From contig CAIMHL010000561.1 in assembly GCA_903840825.1 (NCBI GenBank), positions 1 through 46,706 of the forward strand: a stretch of DNA of 46,706 nt. Reading direction: 5' to 3'. The notes under the pieces were generated by a model, which did no database searches, was not told the DNA's origin, and saw only the letters and a program-made list of their open reading frames with translations. Shown here one piece after another: positions 1-9,346 of this stretch (the first letter of the stretch is position 1; each line of letters begins with the position of its first letter). The position numbers and the translations under genes are program-made. Origin of the DNA: an uncultured beta proteobacterium. Its GTDB lineage: Bacteria > Pseudomonadota > Gammaproteobacteria > Burkholderiales > Burkholderiaceae_C.

Positions 1-1297
1 CTTGGTCTGAATGGGCTTGCACGGTCAATTGTGTGTTCCCATCTCGCCTGTTTGAGATTTGAAAAGCCCCTGTCAACTGGTCTGCCACCGCCGGGTCGGT
101 GTAGAGCATGGTCTTGATGTGCTCCACCGAGGGCATGCCGGCGGGGCGATCCTTGAGGCACCCGCTGAGCACCACCAAAGGTAACCAGGGGCATGAGGTT
201 GCAGCCAGTTTTGCCGCCTGACGGGCGTCACTAAGGCTAACGATTCTGCCCATGTCGCCGGTGGCATAGCGGGGCAAGGCAATCAGGGCATCAGGGTTGA
301 GCATCGTGATGCAGAGCTCTCCAAAGCCGTTCGCATCTGGGTTGACGACTTCAACCAGGCAGTGCAAGGGGTTGAAGCAGAAAACACTGGGCGGGGTGTG
401 GGTTGAGCCTGTTCGGAGCAGCAAATGAGCTACTTCCGGGTGCGTCCGCAGTGCGCGGCGAATTTTGATGGTCTCCCGCGTCTCAAACAGCAGGTTGAGG
501 CCTAACTCACCCACGCCATAGGAACTGCCAATCAGTCGGTGGCTGTCGCGATCCGGGTCAATGCCCATGCGGGCCGCCAGGTAGTCCCGCTGGGCTTCCA
601 CCAGCATCTCTTCCCCCATGATCACACTGGTGTTGAGGGCGGTCCAGTCAAGGCCAATGGTGCGGGCCTCATCGAGAATGCGGCGGATGAACAGCGGGTC
701 GGTGCACAGCAAAGTTTGCTTAAAGCGCGGGCCAATGTCGCGCAACAGGGCGCAGGCCATGTCCTCGCGCACACTGACGTTGGCCACCGTCACAGCGCGT
801 GAGGGAAAGACAACGCCCATGGGTAAACAGTTGACCAGCAGGGTGTCCAGCTGATCAACCTTGAAGGTGTCTTGCAGCCCCAGATCAATGTCGAACCAGG
901 CCGACTCATGCTCAGCCCGCGAGGTCAACTTGAAACCAAAGCTGCGTCCGCTGCGCCCCGAGCTGGTCAGGACATCGGCCAAGTCGCGCGGGCTATGCTC
1001 ACGGCTTAATTGGGCGAGCCTGAACCGCCCGAAGGTGTTGCTTTTGGTGAGCACCGGCAAGCTGGCCCAGTCTGTCGCTGCGTTCAAGTTTTCAGGGCTC
1101 AACCCATGCTCCAGCAAGAGCGTCTTGTAAGCCTCGCTTTGTTGAGCTGCCTGCAGGGCAATGGCCTTAGCGCCATGTTGTGAGCGCGCCATCAGCCGCT
1201 CATAGGGCAGACTTTTGCCGTAGTTCAGCAACCATTGCCGGAGGAGTGCAAGCCCTTTGTCAGGCAGTAGTGACAGCCAGCGCAACGGGAGCAGCAT
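1..1297 (-). CDS. Phenylacetate-CoA ligase (PaaK)-like adenylate-forming enzyme, 3' end outside window
   Basis: Absent from the ORF track because it runs off the edge. Manual translation from ATG 1297 is open to position 2: MLLPLRW...DWASLPVLTKSNTF...VLTSSGRSGRSFG (P-loop-like)...GSSYGVGE...LPRYATGDMGRI (ANL RYxTGD motif). Start uncertain; overlaps the upstream gene by 38 nt. Confidence 0.75.
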   Translation of the reverse strand, partial: MLLPLRWLSLLPDKGLALLRQWLLNYGKSLPYERLMARSQHGAKAIALQAAQQSEAYKTLLLEHGLSPENLNAATDWASLPVLTKSNTFGRFRLAQLSREHSPRDLADVLTSSGRSGRSFGFKLTSRAEHESAWFDIDLGLQDTFKVDQLDTLLVNCLPMGVVFPSRAVTVANVSVREDMACALLRDIGPRFKQTLLCTDPLFIRRILDEARTIGLDWTALNTSVIMGEEMLVEAQRDYLAARMGIDPDRDSHRLIGSSYGVGELGLNLLFETRETIKIRRALRTHPEVAHLLLRTGSTHTPPSVFCFNPLHCLVEVVNPDANGFGELCITMLNPDALIALPRYATGDMGRIVSLSDARQAAKLAATSCPWLPLVVLSGCLKDRPAGMPSVEHIKTMLYTDPAVADQLTGAFQISNRRDGNTQLTVQAHSDQ

Positions 1298-1988
1298 TGA
1301 GTTCGGGGCGTTGTATCCAAGTCAGCAGCGCCTGGTTTTTTTGGCCGATCAAAATCTCTGTGTCCCGGATGTTGGCCAGGTAGGGCGCCACGACGCCGTA
1401 ATAATCAGTGGGTGGTCCCAGTTGTTCAAAGCCAAAGTTCATGCGCCCCATGATGCGCGCCAATGAGCGTTCCATCGCGGCGTACCAAAAGTGGATGCTG
1501 TGTTTGAGGCTGTAGTGGTAGATTTGCCGGTAAAGGCTAAGCAGGATTTGGGGCGAATTGCTGCGGGCCTCATGCTCGGGCGTCAAGCTTTTGAACGACT
1601 CACGCACGCCCGCAAGTAGGTCACCTGCCCGCCGGCGGTAATTTTTGCGAACCATCAAGCGGCTGATTTCAAGCGTGCGTGAGGCCTCGGGCAGCACGGC
1701 CCCCTCAAAGAGCAGTTTGCAGTGGTTCTGAAAAGGGAACTCTCTTTGGGCGTCTGCCTGAACGAGCCGGACATAGCCGACCAACTCTTGCCTAAGGTTG
1801 AAAGCCCCGAAGTGCAGAGATTGGGTGTCGTACTCATACATCTCAGAGTGGGTTGGGTAATTATTTTCAGGAAGAAAGCCGTACTCTTCGCAATAAACCT
1901 CATAACGCAGTTCGTAGATGCGCTGCATCACGGCTTCATCTTGCTCAAGGTGCACTTGACGACTTTTAAACAACGGTGCAAATTCCAC
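1260..1988 (-). CDS. PEP-CTERM/exosortase-associated acyltransferase family (GNAT/LuxI-like fold, probable N-acyl amino acid synthase)
   Basis: LRYEVYCEEYGFL, VGYVRLV, LEISRLMVRKNYRRR, WYAAMERSLAR and FEQLGPPTDYYG motifs typical of TIGR03694-type proteins. Confidence 0.8.
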   Translation of the reverse strand: MEFAPLFKSRQVHLEQDEAVMQRIYELRYEVYCEEYGFLPENNYPTHSEMYEYDTQSLHFGAFNLRQELVGYVRLVQADAQREFPFQNHCKLLFEGAVLPEASRTLEISRLMVRKNYRRRAGDLLAGVRESFKSLTPEHEARSNSPQILLSLYRQIYHYSLKHSIHFWYAAMERSLARIMGRMNFGFEQLGPPTDYYGVVAPYLANIRDTEILIGQKNQALLTWIQRPELNAAPVALAVTTA

Positions 1989-2137
1989 AAGGACTTTTTT
2001 GGTGAGTTGATGTTGGGTGTGATCGTCATCTCAAGCCCATGGCGTTCATGAATTGACCGTTAGATTTTGAAGCCTCGGGGCGCGTTTGATTTTGCGAAAC
2101 CTCAACCCGGCTCAGGGGGCGGGCTCAACGGCTGGGG

Positions 2138-3241
2138 TCAGGGCTGGCGCAAACGCTGAACCGCTGCGCGGTCAATCGAGTTTTTCAAGCGCCATAACCA
2201 CGTCCCTTGCGCACCGTATTCCCCCCAGCTGGCGATAGCATCATGGCCGCCATCGGCCAAAATAAAGGTCGATTTTGCAGGGCCTTGTCGGGGTTGATTT
2301 GGCAGCCCTTTAATGGCCGAGGTCAGGGCTTTGGCAAAAGCCGAGCCTGCCGCTCTGTGAGTGGCACGCCGGCGCCAGATGGTTTGCTGGTTTGCGGCGG
2401 TGGCCTGATCGGCGGAGAAGACGCCGGGGTGGCCGATGGCGCGTTGTTGCTCATCGGTGGCCACAAAGCCTTGCTCGTCCAGCACCAGCGTGCTGGGGGC
2501 CAGCCAGGCGGGGCTCAGCGCACGCAGGGCCACTATCGGCACATCACACACCAAGGCAGCGCCGCAACCCAGTTCGACCTGTCCGTCGCTAAGGCACACC
2601 GCATGGTCCTCCAGCACTGTGATGCGGCGCTGTTTCAGGGCTTCTGCCAAGTTGGCCTGAAATTGGGCACTGCAGGTCTGGGCCAGCAATGAGCTGTTCA
2701 TCACCAACGTAATGGACGCGGTGGGCAACCGGTAGCGAACCGCCAGTGCTATCTCCATGCTTTGAAGGCTGTCACCCAGCACGGCGATGCGCAACGCACG
2801 CGTCTCGGCCAAGGCGATGACACTGGGCCATAGTTTGGCAAAGGCCTCGGTAGGCTGCAAAAATAGCCCGTGCTCGCGCACGCCGGGTAGTTGCAGCTCA
2901 AGCTGCGCCCGGTCGGGCACGTCCCCCATGTGAAGGGAGAGCCAGTCAAACTCGGCGCTGCTGCCGTTGGTCAGGGTGACGGTGTGTGCCTGCATGTCCA
3001 AAGCTGCCACGCTTTGAGGCAGGTAGCGGATGCCACTTTTCTTGAGACGTGGCTCCAGGTCAATCAGGCATTCCTCCAGCGCCACCCGGCCAGCTACAAA
3101 GCCCGGCAACATGGGGTCAAATAGTTGTCGCAAAGAAGGTGCGACCAATGTGACCTGAACCCCTTCCAGGGCTTGTTGGGTCAGGGCCAAAAGCAGGTTC
3201 ACATGGTGCGAGCCTGTGCCGATAATCACCAGTTTTTTCAT
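2138..3241 (-). CDS. FAD-dependent oxidoreductase resembling the domain found N-terminal to SelD
   Basis: MKKLVIIGTGSHH degenerate Rossmann motif, MLPGFVAG, C-terminal WLWRLKNSIDRA (family WxWxxKxxIDR). Confidence 0.7.
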   Translation of the reverse strand: MKKLVIIGTGSHHVNLLLALTQQALEGVQVTLVAPSLRQLFDPMLPGFVAGRVALEECLIDLEPRLKKSGIRYLPQSVAALDMQAHTVTLTNGSSAEFDWLSLHMGDVPDRAQLELQLPGVREHGLFLQPTEAFAKLWPSVIALAETRALRIAVLGDSLQSMEIALAVRYRLPTASITLVMNSSLLAQTCSAQFQANLAEALKQRRITVLEDHAVCLSDGQVELGCGAALVCDVPIVALRALSPAWLAPSTLVLDEQGFVATDEQQRAIGHPGVFSADQATAANQQTIWRRRATHRAAGSAFAKALTSAIKGLPNQPRQGPAKSTFILADGGHDAIASWGEYGAQGTWLWRLKNSIDRAAVQRLRQP

Positions 3242-3281
3242 CGTTCCGGGGTGTGGTCAGTAGGGCGAAGTGTCAATTTAA

Positions 3282-4046
3282 TCAGGGCAGCCAACGCAGC
3301 TGGCTCAGGTAAGCCAGGCTTTGGCCTTGCGTATTGTCGCTGTCAGCGCCCACCGCTATGGCGATGATGGGCGGGGTGCTGGCGCTCTCGGCGCCAAACA
3401 GGGCCTGAAAATCGTCCGCCACCCGGCGTTGCTGCGTTTGCCACTGACCGCTTGGGTTGCCAGGCCCATTGAGCACGATGTAGCGCACGCGCGCCGAGTA
3501 GGGGTTGGCCCCTGAGGTACCGATGGGGCTGCGCGCATCCCACACATAGCACAGCGTAGCCGAGGGCAAGTCTTGCCCGGTGGCGGTGCGGGCCAGCGCC
3601 AGCGCGGCGCGCTGCAAAAAGGGGATGTCGGCGGTGGCTTGGTCAAACATGACACACACTTTGAGCGCGGCGTCATCCCCGGCTTTGGTGCTCAAGTTGG
3701 CGTTGGCTACCGGCTGGGTCACGCGCCAGCGCCAGGCCAAATGGGCCGGCGCTGGGCCTTGCCAGGCGTGGGTGAGGACGCCATAGGATTTGTCGGTGCT
3801 GATCTGCAACACCGCCTCGCCGCCTGCGCTGGTCACTTCAAATTTAGCGATTGGCACCTTGAGCTTGGCAGGCAGCCCCGTCAAACGCCAAGCGGGGTGC
3901 AGCGCTGGGCGGGCCGTGTCGCCGTCGCTGTCGCTGAAAGGCGCCAAAGCCAGGGTCGGTAGTGAATTTTGAGCAAAACAGGCTGTGGAGAACGCCAGTA
4001 TTGCTAGAGCAGCTATTAAATTAATAGTTGGTAATGCAGGATACAT
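3282..4046 (-). CDS. Secreted DUF3047 domain protein
   Basis: LAWRWRV, KAGDDAALKVCVMF, LCYVW and IAVGADSDNT motifs; signal peptide after ATG 4046, which directly follows the upstream stop. Confidence 0.8.
   Translation of the reverse strand: MYPALPTINLIAALAILAFSTACFAQNSLPTLALAPFSDSDGDTARPALHPAWRLTGLPAKLKVPIAKFEVTSAGGEAVLQISTDKSYGVLTHAWQGPAPAHLAWRWRVTQPVANANLSTKAGDDAALKVCVMFDQATADIPFLQRAALALARTATGQDLPSATLCYVWDARSPIGTSGANPYSARVRYIVLNGPGNPSGQWQTQQRRVADDFQALFGAESASTPPIIAIAVGADSDNTQGQSLAYLSQLRWLP
3966..4028 (-). repeat. 63-bp dispersed motif copy E1
   Basis: ACTATTAATTTAATAGC-TGCTCTAGCA...GCCTGTTTTGCTCAAAAT; encodes TINLIAALAILAFSTACFAQN. Confidence 0.8.
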
Positions 4047-4048
4047 GC

Positions 4049-6256
4049 TTAGCCTCGTTTCCAAGTGTGGTACTTGGCGGCCCACTTTAAGAGCTGTTGC
4101 GGGGCGTGTGCCCGTTTCCACTCGCCAGCGGCGTATTTGTTGGCCTCTGACATCGTGGGGTAGGTATGAATCGTACCCAAAATTTTCGACAAACCCAAGC
4201 CATGTTTCATGGCCAGCACGTACTCGGCCAGCAAATCCCCGGCATGGTGGCCGACGATCGTGACGCCCAAAATAGTGTCTTTCCCCGGCACGGTGAGCAC
4301 CTTCACAAAGCCCTGGGTCTGGCTGTCGGCCAAGGCGCGGTCGAGGTCGGCCAGGTCGAATTTAGTGACTTCAAACGCGGTATTTTGCGCGCGGGCCTCT
4401 TGCTCGTTCAGGCCCACACGGGCTACTTCGGGGTCGGTAAAGGTAGCGCGGGGGATCACGCGGTAGTCAACCTTGAACTTTTTGACCCCGCCAAAAAGCG
4501 CGTTGACCGCCGCATACCAAGCCTGATGCGCAGCCACATGGGTCAGCTGATACGGCCCGGCCACGTCGCCTGCGGCATAAATATTGGGGTAGATAGTTTC
4601 CAGGTAGTCGTTGGTTTGCACGGTTTTGGTGGTGGCAATGCCCAGGTCTTCCAGCCCGTAACCGGTGAGGCGGGCACTGCGGCCCACGGCGCACAGCAGG
4701 GCGTCAAATTCGATGTTCAGGCAAGCGCCCCCGTGTTCCACTACCAGCACGCCGGGGCCAAAGGTGTCCACACGCGGCGATGCCCCCGCCAGCGGCTCGC
4801 AGCGCACGGCGCGGTGTTGGTTCAGCAGGCGCACGCCGTCGGCTTGCAGCGACGCGGCCACTACCTCTGCCGCGTGCTCGTCCTCGCCCATCAGCAGGCG
4901 GGGCGCCATCTCTACCAGCGTCACCGCAGCGCCCAAGCGGGCAAAACTTTGCGCCAACTCGCAGCCAATCGGCCCACCACCCAAAACCACCAAGCGCTGA
5001 GGAAGGGCGTCAAGCTGCGCAAAAGCCTCCCACAGCGTGTCGCTGGTCAAAAAGCCCACCGCCTGCAAGCCGGGCAAGGGCGGCACGGTGGGCCGAGCCC
5101 CGGCGGCAATCACGATGGCGCGGGTGGACAGGCGCTGTACCTGGGGCGGTGCGTCACCAACGCCGGGCTGGGTAATCTCAACCGTCCAAGGGTTGACGAT
5201 GCGGGCGTGGCCGCTGAGTACCTCCACGCCCAGGGCGGTGTAGCGCTCAACGCTGTCGTGCGGCGCAATGGAGGCCACTACGGCGTTGATGCGCTGCATC
5301 ACGGCCTTGAAGCTGAACACCGGCGTGGTGTCTTGCAAGCCATAGCGCGCACCGTGCGCTTGGTCGTGGGCTATTTGGGCGCTTTTAATCAGGGCTTTGC
5401 TGGGGACACATCCGTAGTTCAGGCAGTCGCCGCCCATTTTGTGGGCCTCAATCAGCGTGACTTTGGCTTTTACAGCGGCGGCAATGTAGGCCGTGACCAA
5501 GCCCCCGGCACCGGCGCCAATCACGATCAGGTTGCGGTCAAACTGCGCAGGCTTTAGGTGCTGCCAGCGGGCGTAAACCTGGCGCTTGTTCAAGGTCAGG
5601 GCCGCCCAGCGCGCCAACAAGGGAAAGAGGCCGAGCAGCACCAAAGAGCCCAACAAGGCCGGGCTCAAAATGCCTTTGAGGGACTCCAGTTGTGCCAGTT
5701 GCGTGCCCGCATTCACATACACCGCCGTGCCCGCCAGCATGCCCAGTTGGCTGACCCAGTAATAGGTCCAGGTGCGCATCTGGGTCAAGCCCATCAGCAA
5801 GTTGATGACAAAAAACGGCACAAGAGGTACCAAGCGCAGGGTGAACAGGTAAAACGCCCCCTCTTTTTTTACGCCTTGGTTAAATTCGGCCAGGCGCGAT
5901 CCAAAGCGGGCCTCCAGCCGGTCACGCATCAGAAAGCGGGCGGTCAAAAAGGCCAGAGTCGCCCCCATGCTGGAGGCAAACGACACGATGAGCGTGCCCC
6001 AAGCCACGCCAAAAACGGCACCGCCGAGCAAGGTCAGCATCACCGCACCGGGAAAAGAGAGCGCGGTGACGACCACATACACCGCAAAGTAGCCCGCCAC
6101 AAACGTCAGGGGCTGCGCGCTGTACCACTGGTTCAAGTCTGACTGGCTACTTTTGATGAACTCAAAACTGAGATAGCGACCCCCATCAAACCAAAAAAAG
6201 GCCGCGAGGAGAGCAACGAGGACGAGCAGAAGAAGTTGTTTTTTGGAGTTCATCAT
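4049..6256 (-). CDS. DedA/TVP38 membrane domain fused to a class-I pyridine nucleotide-disulfide oxidoreductase (MerA/Lpd-like)
   Basis: N-terminal hydrophobic domain with LRLVPLVPFFVIN; then GAGAGG, GGDCLNYGCVPSK (redox disulfide), GGGPIGCE, AAGDV, HTYPTMSE. ATG 6256 overlaps the upstream stop (ATGA). Confidence 0.9.
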   Translation of the reverse strand: MMNSKKQLLLLVLVALLAAFFWFDGGRYLSFEFIKSSQSDLNQWYSAQPLTFVAGYFAVYVVVTALSFPGAVMLTLLGGAVFGVAWGTLIVSFASSMGATLAFLTARFLMRDRLEARFGSRLAEFNQGVKKEGAFYLFTLRLVPLVPFFVINLLMGLTQMRTWTYYWVSQLGMLAGTAVYVNAGTQLAQLESLKGILSPALLGSLVLLGLFPLLARWAALTLNKRQVYARWQHLKPAQFDRNLIVIGAGAGGLVTAYIAAAVKAKVTLIEAHKMGGDCLNYGCVPSKALIKSAQIAHDQAHGARYGLQDTTPVFSFKAVMQRINAVVASIAPHDSVERYTALGVEVLSGHARIVNPWTVEITQPGVGDAPPQVQRLSTRAIVIAAGARPTVPPLPGLQAVGFLTSDTLWEAFAQLDALPQRLVVLGGGPIGCELAQSFARLGAAVTLVEMAPRLLMGEDEHAAEVVAASLQADGVRLLNQHRAVRCEPLAGASPRVDTFGPGVLVVEHGGACLNIEFDALLCAVGRSARLTGYGLEDLGIATTKTVQTNDYLETIYPNIYAAGDVAGPYQLTHVAAHQAWYAAVNALFGGVKKFKVDYRVIPRATFTDPEVARVGLNEQEARAQNTAFEVTKFDLADLDRALADSQTQGFVKVLTVPGKDTILGVTIVGHHAGDLLAEYVLAMKHGLGLSKILGTIHTYPTMSEANKYAAGEWKRAHAPQQLLKWAAKYHTWKRG

Positions 6257-6858
6257 GAGAATGTGCGCCAACCCCAGCCAATGCGGGTGGCGATGGTGAC
6301 CGCACACAGCGCGGCAAAGACGTAGGCCAGTGTGGCGAAATGTTGCGGCCACACACACATGGCCGCAAAGAAGGCCAGGGTTTCCGTGGCCTCGGTCAGG
6401 CCGCCTAAAAAGTAAAACGACTTATTCGGCACGGCCAGGTTTTTGAGCCCGCGTTGAGCGGCGATCACGGCAAAGGCCAAAAAGCTCGACCCCGTGCCGA
6501 TAAAAGCCGCCAACAACACGGCGGCAGGCAAGGCGTTGTGGGCGGGGTCGGCCACGGCAAAGGCCAGTGGAATGCTGGCGTAAAACAAAAAATCCAGTGC
6601 AATGTCCAAAAAACCACCAGCATCGGTGGCGTGGGTCAGGCGCGCTAGCGCACCATCCAGGGCATCGAAAAGTCTTGAGATAAAAATAGCCACGACGCCC
6701 GCCAGATATGCTTGACCAGCTATTAAAAAAGCACCGAACAGCCCGATTAAAAAGCCCATCACCGTGACTTGGTTAGCGCGCAGACCCAGGCTTTGCAGGC
6801 CTTGGGCCAAACGGGTGATGCCGGGTTTGATGAGGGCGGTCAGGATGCGGTCAAGCAT
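6253..6858 (-). CDS. ynjF: CDP-alcohol phosphatidyltransferase family, YnjF-like
   Basis: DALDGALARLTHATDAGGFLDIALD signature; KSFYFLGGLTEATET. Confidence 0.85.
   Translation of the reverse strand: MLDRILTALIKPGITRLAQGLQSLGLRANQVTVMGFLIGLFGAFLIAGQAYLAGVVAIFISRLFDALDGALARLTHATDAGGFLDIALDFLFYASIPLAFAVADPAHNALPAAVLLAAFIGTGSSFLAFAVIAAQRGLKNLAVPNKSFYFLGGLTEATETLAFFAAMCVWPQHFATLAYVFAALCAVTIATRIGWGWRTFS
6673..6735 (-). repeat. 63-bp dispersed motif copy E2
   Basis: GGTGCTTTTTTAATAGC-TGGTCAAGCA...GCTATTTTTATCTCAAGA; left arm degenerate. Confidence 0.7.
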
Positions 6859-7489
6859 GGGGTTGTGGGGTCAAGTGCGTCAGGTGGGCGGCATCGGCAA
6901 TGTCGGCGGCGTCGTGGGTCACCAGCAGCACGGGGATGTGGCGTTGCTTTACCAGATCAAAAATAAAAATGCGCAGGCGAGCGCGCAAAACGGCGTCAAA
7001 TTTCGAGAAAGGCTCGTCCAACAGCAGCGCCTGGGGCTGGGCCAGCAGGGCCCGCATGAGCGCGATGCGGGCGCGCTGGCCGCCCGAGAGCGTGGCCGGA
7101 TCGGCGTGGGCAAAGGCGCTCAGGTCCAAGTCCTTCAAGCCCTGCTCCACGGCGGCCACCCGTGCGTTTTTGGGGCCTGCGGGCACGGCAAACAGCAGGT
7201 TCTCAAACACCGTCATGTGGGCAAACAGCAAATCGTCTTGAAACAAAATGCCCACGCCGCGCCGTTCGGTGGGCAGGGCCAGCAGGGATTTGCCGTTCAA
7301 GGTGATGTCGCCTTCAAATACCAAGCCGGGGGGAAGCGTGCCGCAAATGGCGGCCAGCAGGCTCGACTTACCCGAGCCGCTAGCGCCCATCACGGTGTGG
7401 ATGGTGCCGCCAGCTATGTCCAGTTCCAGCGATTGCAGCAGCATCGCCGTGGGGCTGGACAGATTGACGAGGTGAATGTGCAGGCTCAT
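6851..7489 (-). CDS. ynjD: ABC transporter ATP-binding protein, YnjD-like
   Basis: GASGSGKS, ILFQDDLLF, LSGGQRAR, LLLDEPFSK, VTHD. Confidence 0.85.
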   Translation of the reverse strand: MSLHIHLVNLSSPTAMLLQSLELDIAGGTIHTVMGASGSGKSSLLAAICGTLPPGLVFEGDITLNGKSLLALPTERRGVGILFQDDLLFAHMTVFENLLFAVPAGPKNARVAAVEQGLKDLDLSAFAHADPATLSGGQRARIALMRALLAQPQALLLDEPFSKFDAVLRARLRIFIFDLVKQRHIPVLLVTHDAADIADAAHLTHLTPQPHA

Positions 7490-7510
7490 GAGCCGCCATT
7501 GTCGAGGTTT

Positions 7511-9169
7511 TTAGAAGCGCCGGGGTTGGCCCCAGCGCGCCGCCCATGCCCACACCAGCAGCGGAAATCCCCATAAAAGCAAGGCATAAGCCGAAGTCAG
7601 CGAGCGTTGGGCGCCTGCGGCCAGGGTCACGGCTTCGGTGGTCATGGTGGCAAAGCGCCCAGCGCCGACAAACAGCGTGGGCAGGTACTGCGCCACACTC
7701 ACTGCAAAGCCGATGGCAAAACCGGCGCTCAAGGCTGCGCGCAACAGGGGCCATTTCACCCGCCACAAAAACACCGCCCGGCCAACGCCCAATGAGGCGC
7801 AAACCTGCTGGTGGCGGGCCTCAAACCCCAGGTAAGCTGGGCTCAGGGCAATCAGCACGTAGGGCACGGCGGCTAGCGTGTGGGCCAGCCACAACCCCGC
7901 CCAGCGGGCATCTAGCCCCAAGCGCACGCTCAGGCCATGCACGCCCGCAACCCACAGCACGGGCGGCAGCACCAGCGGCATATACAACACGGGGCGCAGC
8001 CGCCGGTCCCAGCCCGGCGGCGCCCACTCCAGCCAAGCCACTGACCAGAGCAGGGCTGCACTTGCACTGGCCAAAGCCAACGAGAGCGTGGTGCCCAGCG
8101 TGGGCAAGCTGCCCCACACCGAGGCCCAGGCGTGCCAGGACAAGGTCTCGGGTAGCAGCCCGGGAAAAGGCCATAGGCCCGCCACACTGCCCACGCTCAG
8201 TGCCAGCATCACCAAGCCATAAACCCCCAGCAGGCATCCAAAGCCCAGAGGCCCCAAGTTGACCCCCGCCTTGCCGCGCTCGCCACGGCACCAGCGCTGG
8301 CGCCAAAAAGCGCGCTGGGGCACGCGCCAGACCAACGCAGCCACACCTGCGCTGCCCGCAAGCACGACGCTTAGCAACCATGCTGCGGCCACGCCCTGCG
8401 TGTTCAGGGCCGGGTCGGTGTGCAGCAGCCACTGCCACGCCAGCACGGCCAAAGTGGGCGGTGATGTGGGGCCGATGATCAGCGCCATGTCCACCACCGT
8501 GAGGCTATAAGCCAGCACGGCCAGCAGTGGCCGGCGCAGGCGTGGCCACAGTTGGGGCCAAACCACCCGCCACCAGGCGCTGGGTGCCGAGTAGCCCATG
8601 CTGCGGGCCAGCAGCAGCTCACGCGTCCAGCGTTGTGCCACCTCGGCCCGTTGCAGCTGGGTAGCTGCGGCCCAAAGTAAAAAAGGAATTTCCTTAAGAA
8701 GCAGCACGGCGATCAAGCCAAGCCCCCAAGGGTCTTGCGTGGTAGGCCAAGGCGGCGGCGCCTCCAGCCCGGTGGCCCAAGGCGACAAAGCCCTGAGCAA
8801 CCAGCCGCTGGGAGCCAGCAAGAAAACCAGGCCAATGGCAAACGCAGCGTGGGGCACGGCCAGCAATGGGGCCAAAAGCCGCACTGCACGCGGCCACAAG
8901 GCTTGGCCAAAGGTGCGCGATAAAAGGAGGGCCGTCCCCGCCACAGCCAGGGCGGTAGAGGCCAACCCCGTCCATAAGCTCATACCCAAGGACGCCAGCG
9001 TTTGCGGGTGTTCAAGCAGCGCCAGCCAAGCTGCTCTGTCCCACCCGGCCTGTGCGGCGCACCAGCCGCTCCAAAGCATGGGGCCGCCCACGATGGCGAG
9101 CAGCAAGGTGGCGCTAAACCGGGCCATCGCAGTTGGGGAGCGTTCATGAAGGGGTGGTTTATTGGCCAA
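7511..9169 (-). CDS. ynjC: ABC transporter permease with duplicated membrane domain, YnjC-like
   Basis: AVPHAAFAIG, LKEIPFLL, AYSLTVVDMALIIGP, FAVSVAQYLPTL; start may be ATG 9127. Confidence 0.85.
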   Translation of the reverse strand: MANKPPLHERSPTAMARFSATLLLAIVGGPMLWSGWCAAQAGWDRAAWLALLEHPQTLASLGMSLWTGLASTALAVAGTALLLSRTFGQALWPRAVRLLAPLLAVPHAAFAIGLVFLLAPSGWLLRALSPWATGLEAPPPWPTTQDPWGLGLIAVLLLKEIPFLLWAAATQLQRAEVAQRWTRELLLARSMGYSAPSAWWRVVWPQLWPRLRRPLLAVLAYSLTVVDMALIIGPTSPPTLAVLAWQWLLHTDPALNTQGVAAAWLLSVVLAGSAGVAALVWRVPQRAFWRQRWCRGERGKAGVNLGPLGFGCLLGVYGLVMLALSVGSVAGLWPFPGLLPETLSWHAWASVWGSLPTLGTTLSLALASASAALLWSVAWLEWAPPGWDRRLRPVLYMPLVLPPVLWVAGVHGLSVRLGLDARWAGLWLAHTLAAVPYVLIALSPAYLGFEARHQQVCASLGVGRAVFLWRVKWPLLRAALSAGFAIGFAVSVAQYLPTLFVGAGRFATMTTEAVTLAAGAQRSLTSAYALLLWGFPLLVWAWAARWGQPRRF

Positions 9170-9251
9170 GATGTGCTTACTTTAATCGGGTCAACGGCTC
9201 GGCGCTAAGACTGGCTCGCAGCACAAATTTTTCTTCTCCGGCAAGAGCGGT

Positions 9252-9331
9252 TTGGGGGTCAGAGCCCAATTTCGTTCTTTGCCATCTTTCGCCGGGAACA
9301 ATGTTGTCCTGAATTGGGATCTGACCCCCAA
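9252..9331. repeat. REP-like inverted pair (20-bp arms, 40-nt spacer)
   Basis: TTGGGGGTCAGAGCCCAATT (9252-9271) and AATTGGGATCTGACCCCCAA (9312-9331) are reverse complements with 1 mismatch; intergenic. Confidence 0.75.
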
Positions 9332-9346
9332 GCCTCCCCCCCAAGC

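Noticed and set aside
4166-5557. 463-aa plus-strand ORF
   Set aside because: Antisense shadow of the oxidoreductase; no family motifs; expected in GC-rich genes
4049-6256. Mercuric reductase (merA) call
   Set aside because: No C-terminal Cys pair, no metal-binding N-domain, no mer genes nearby
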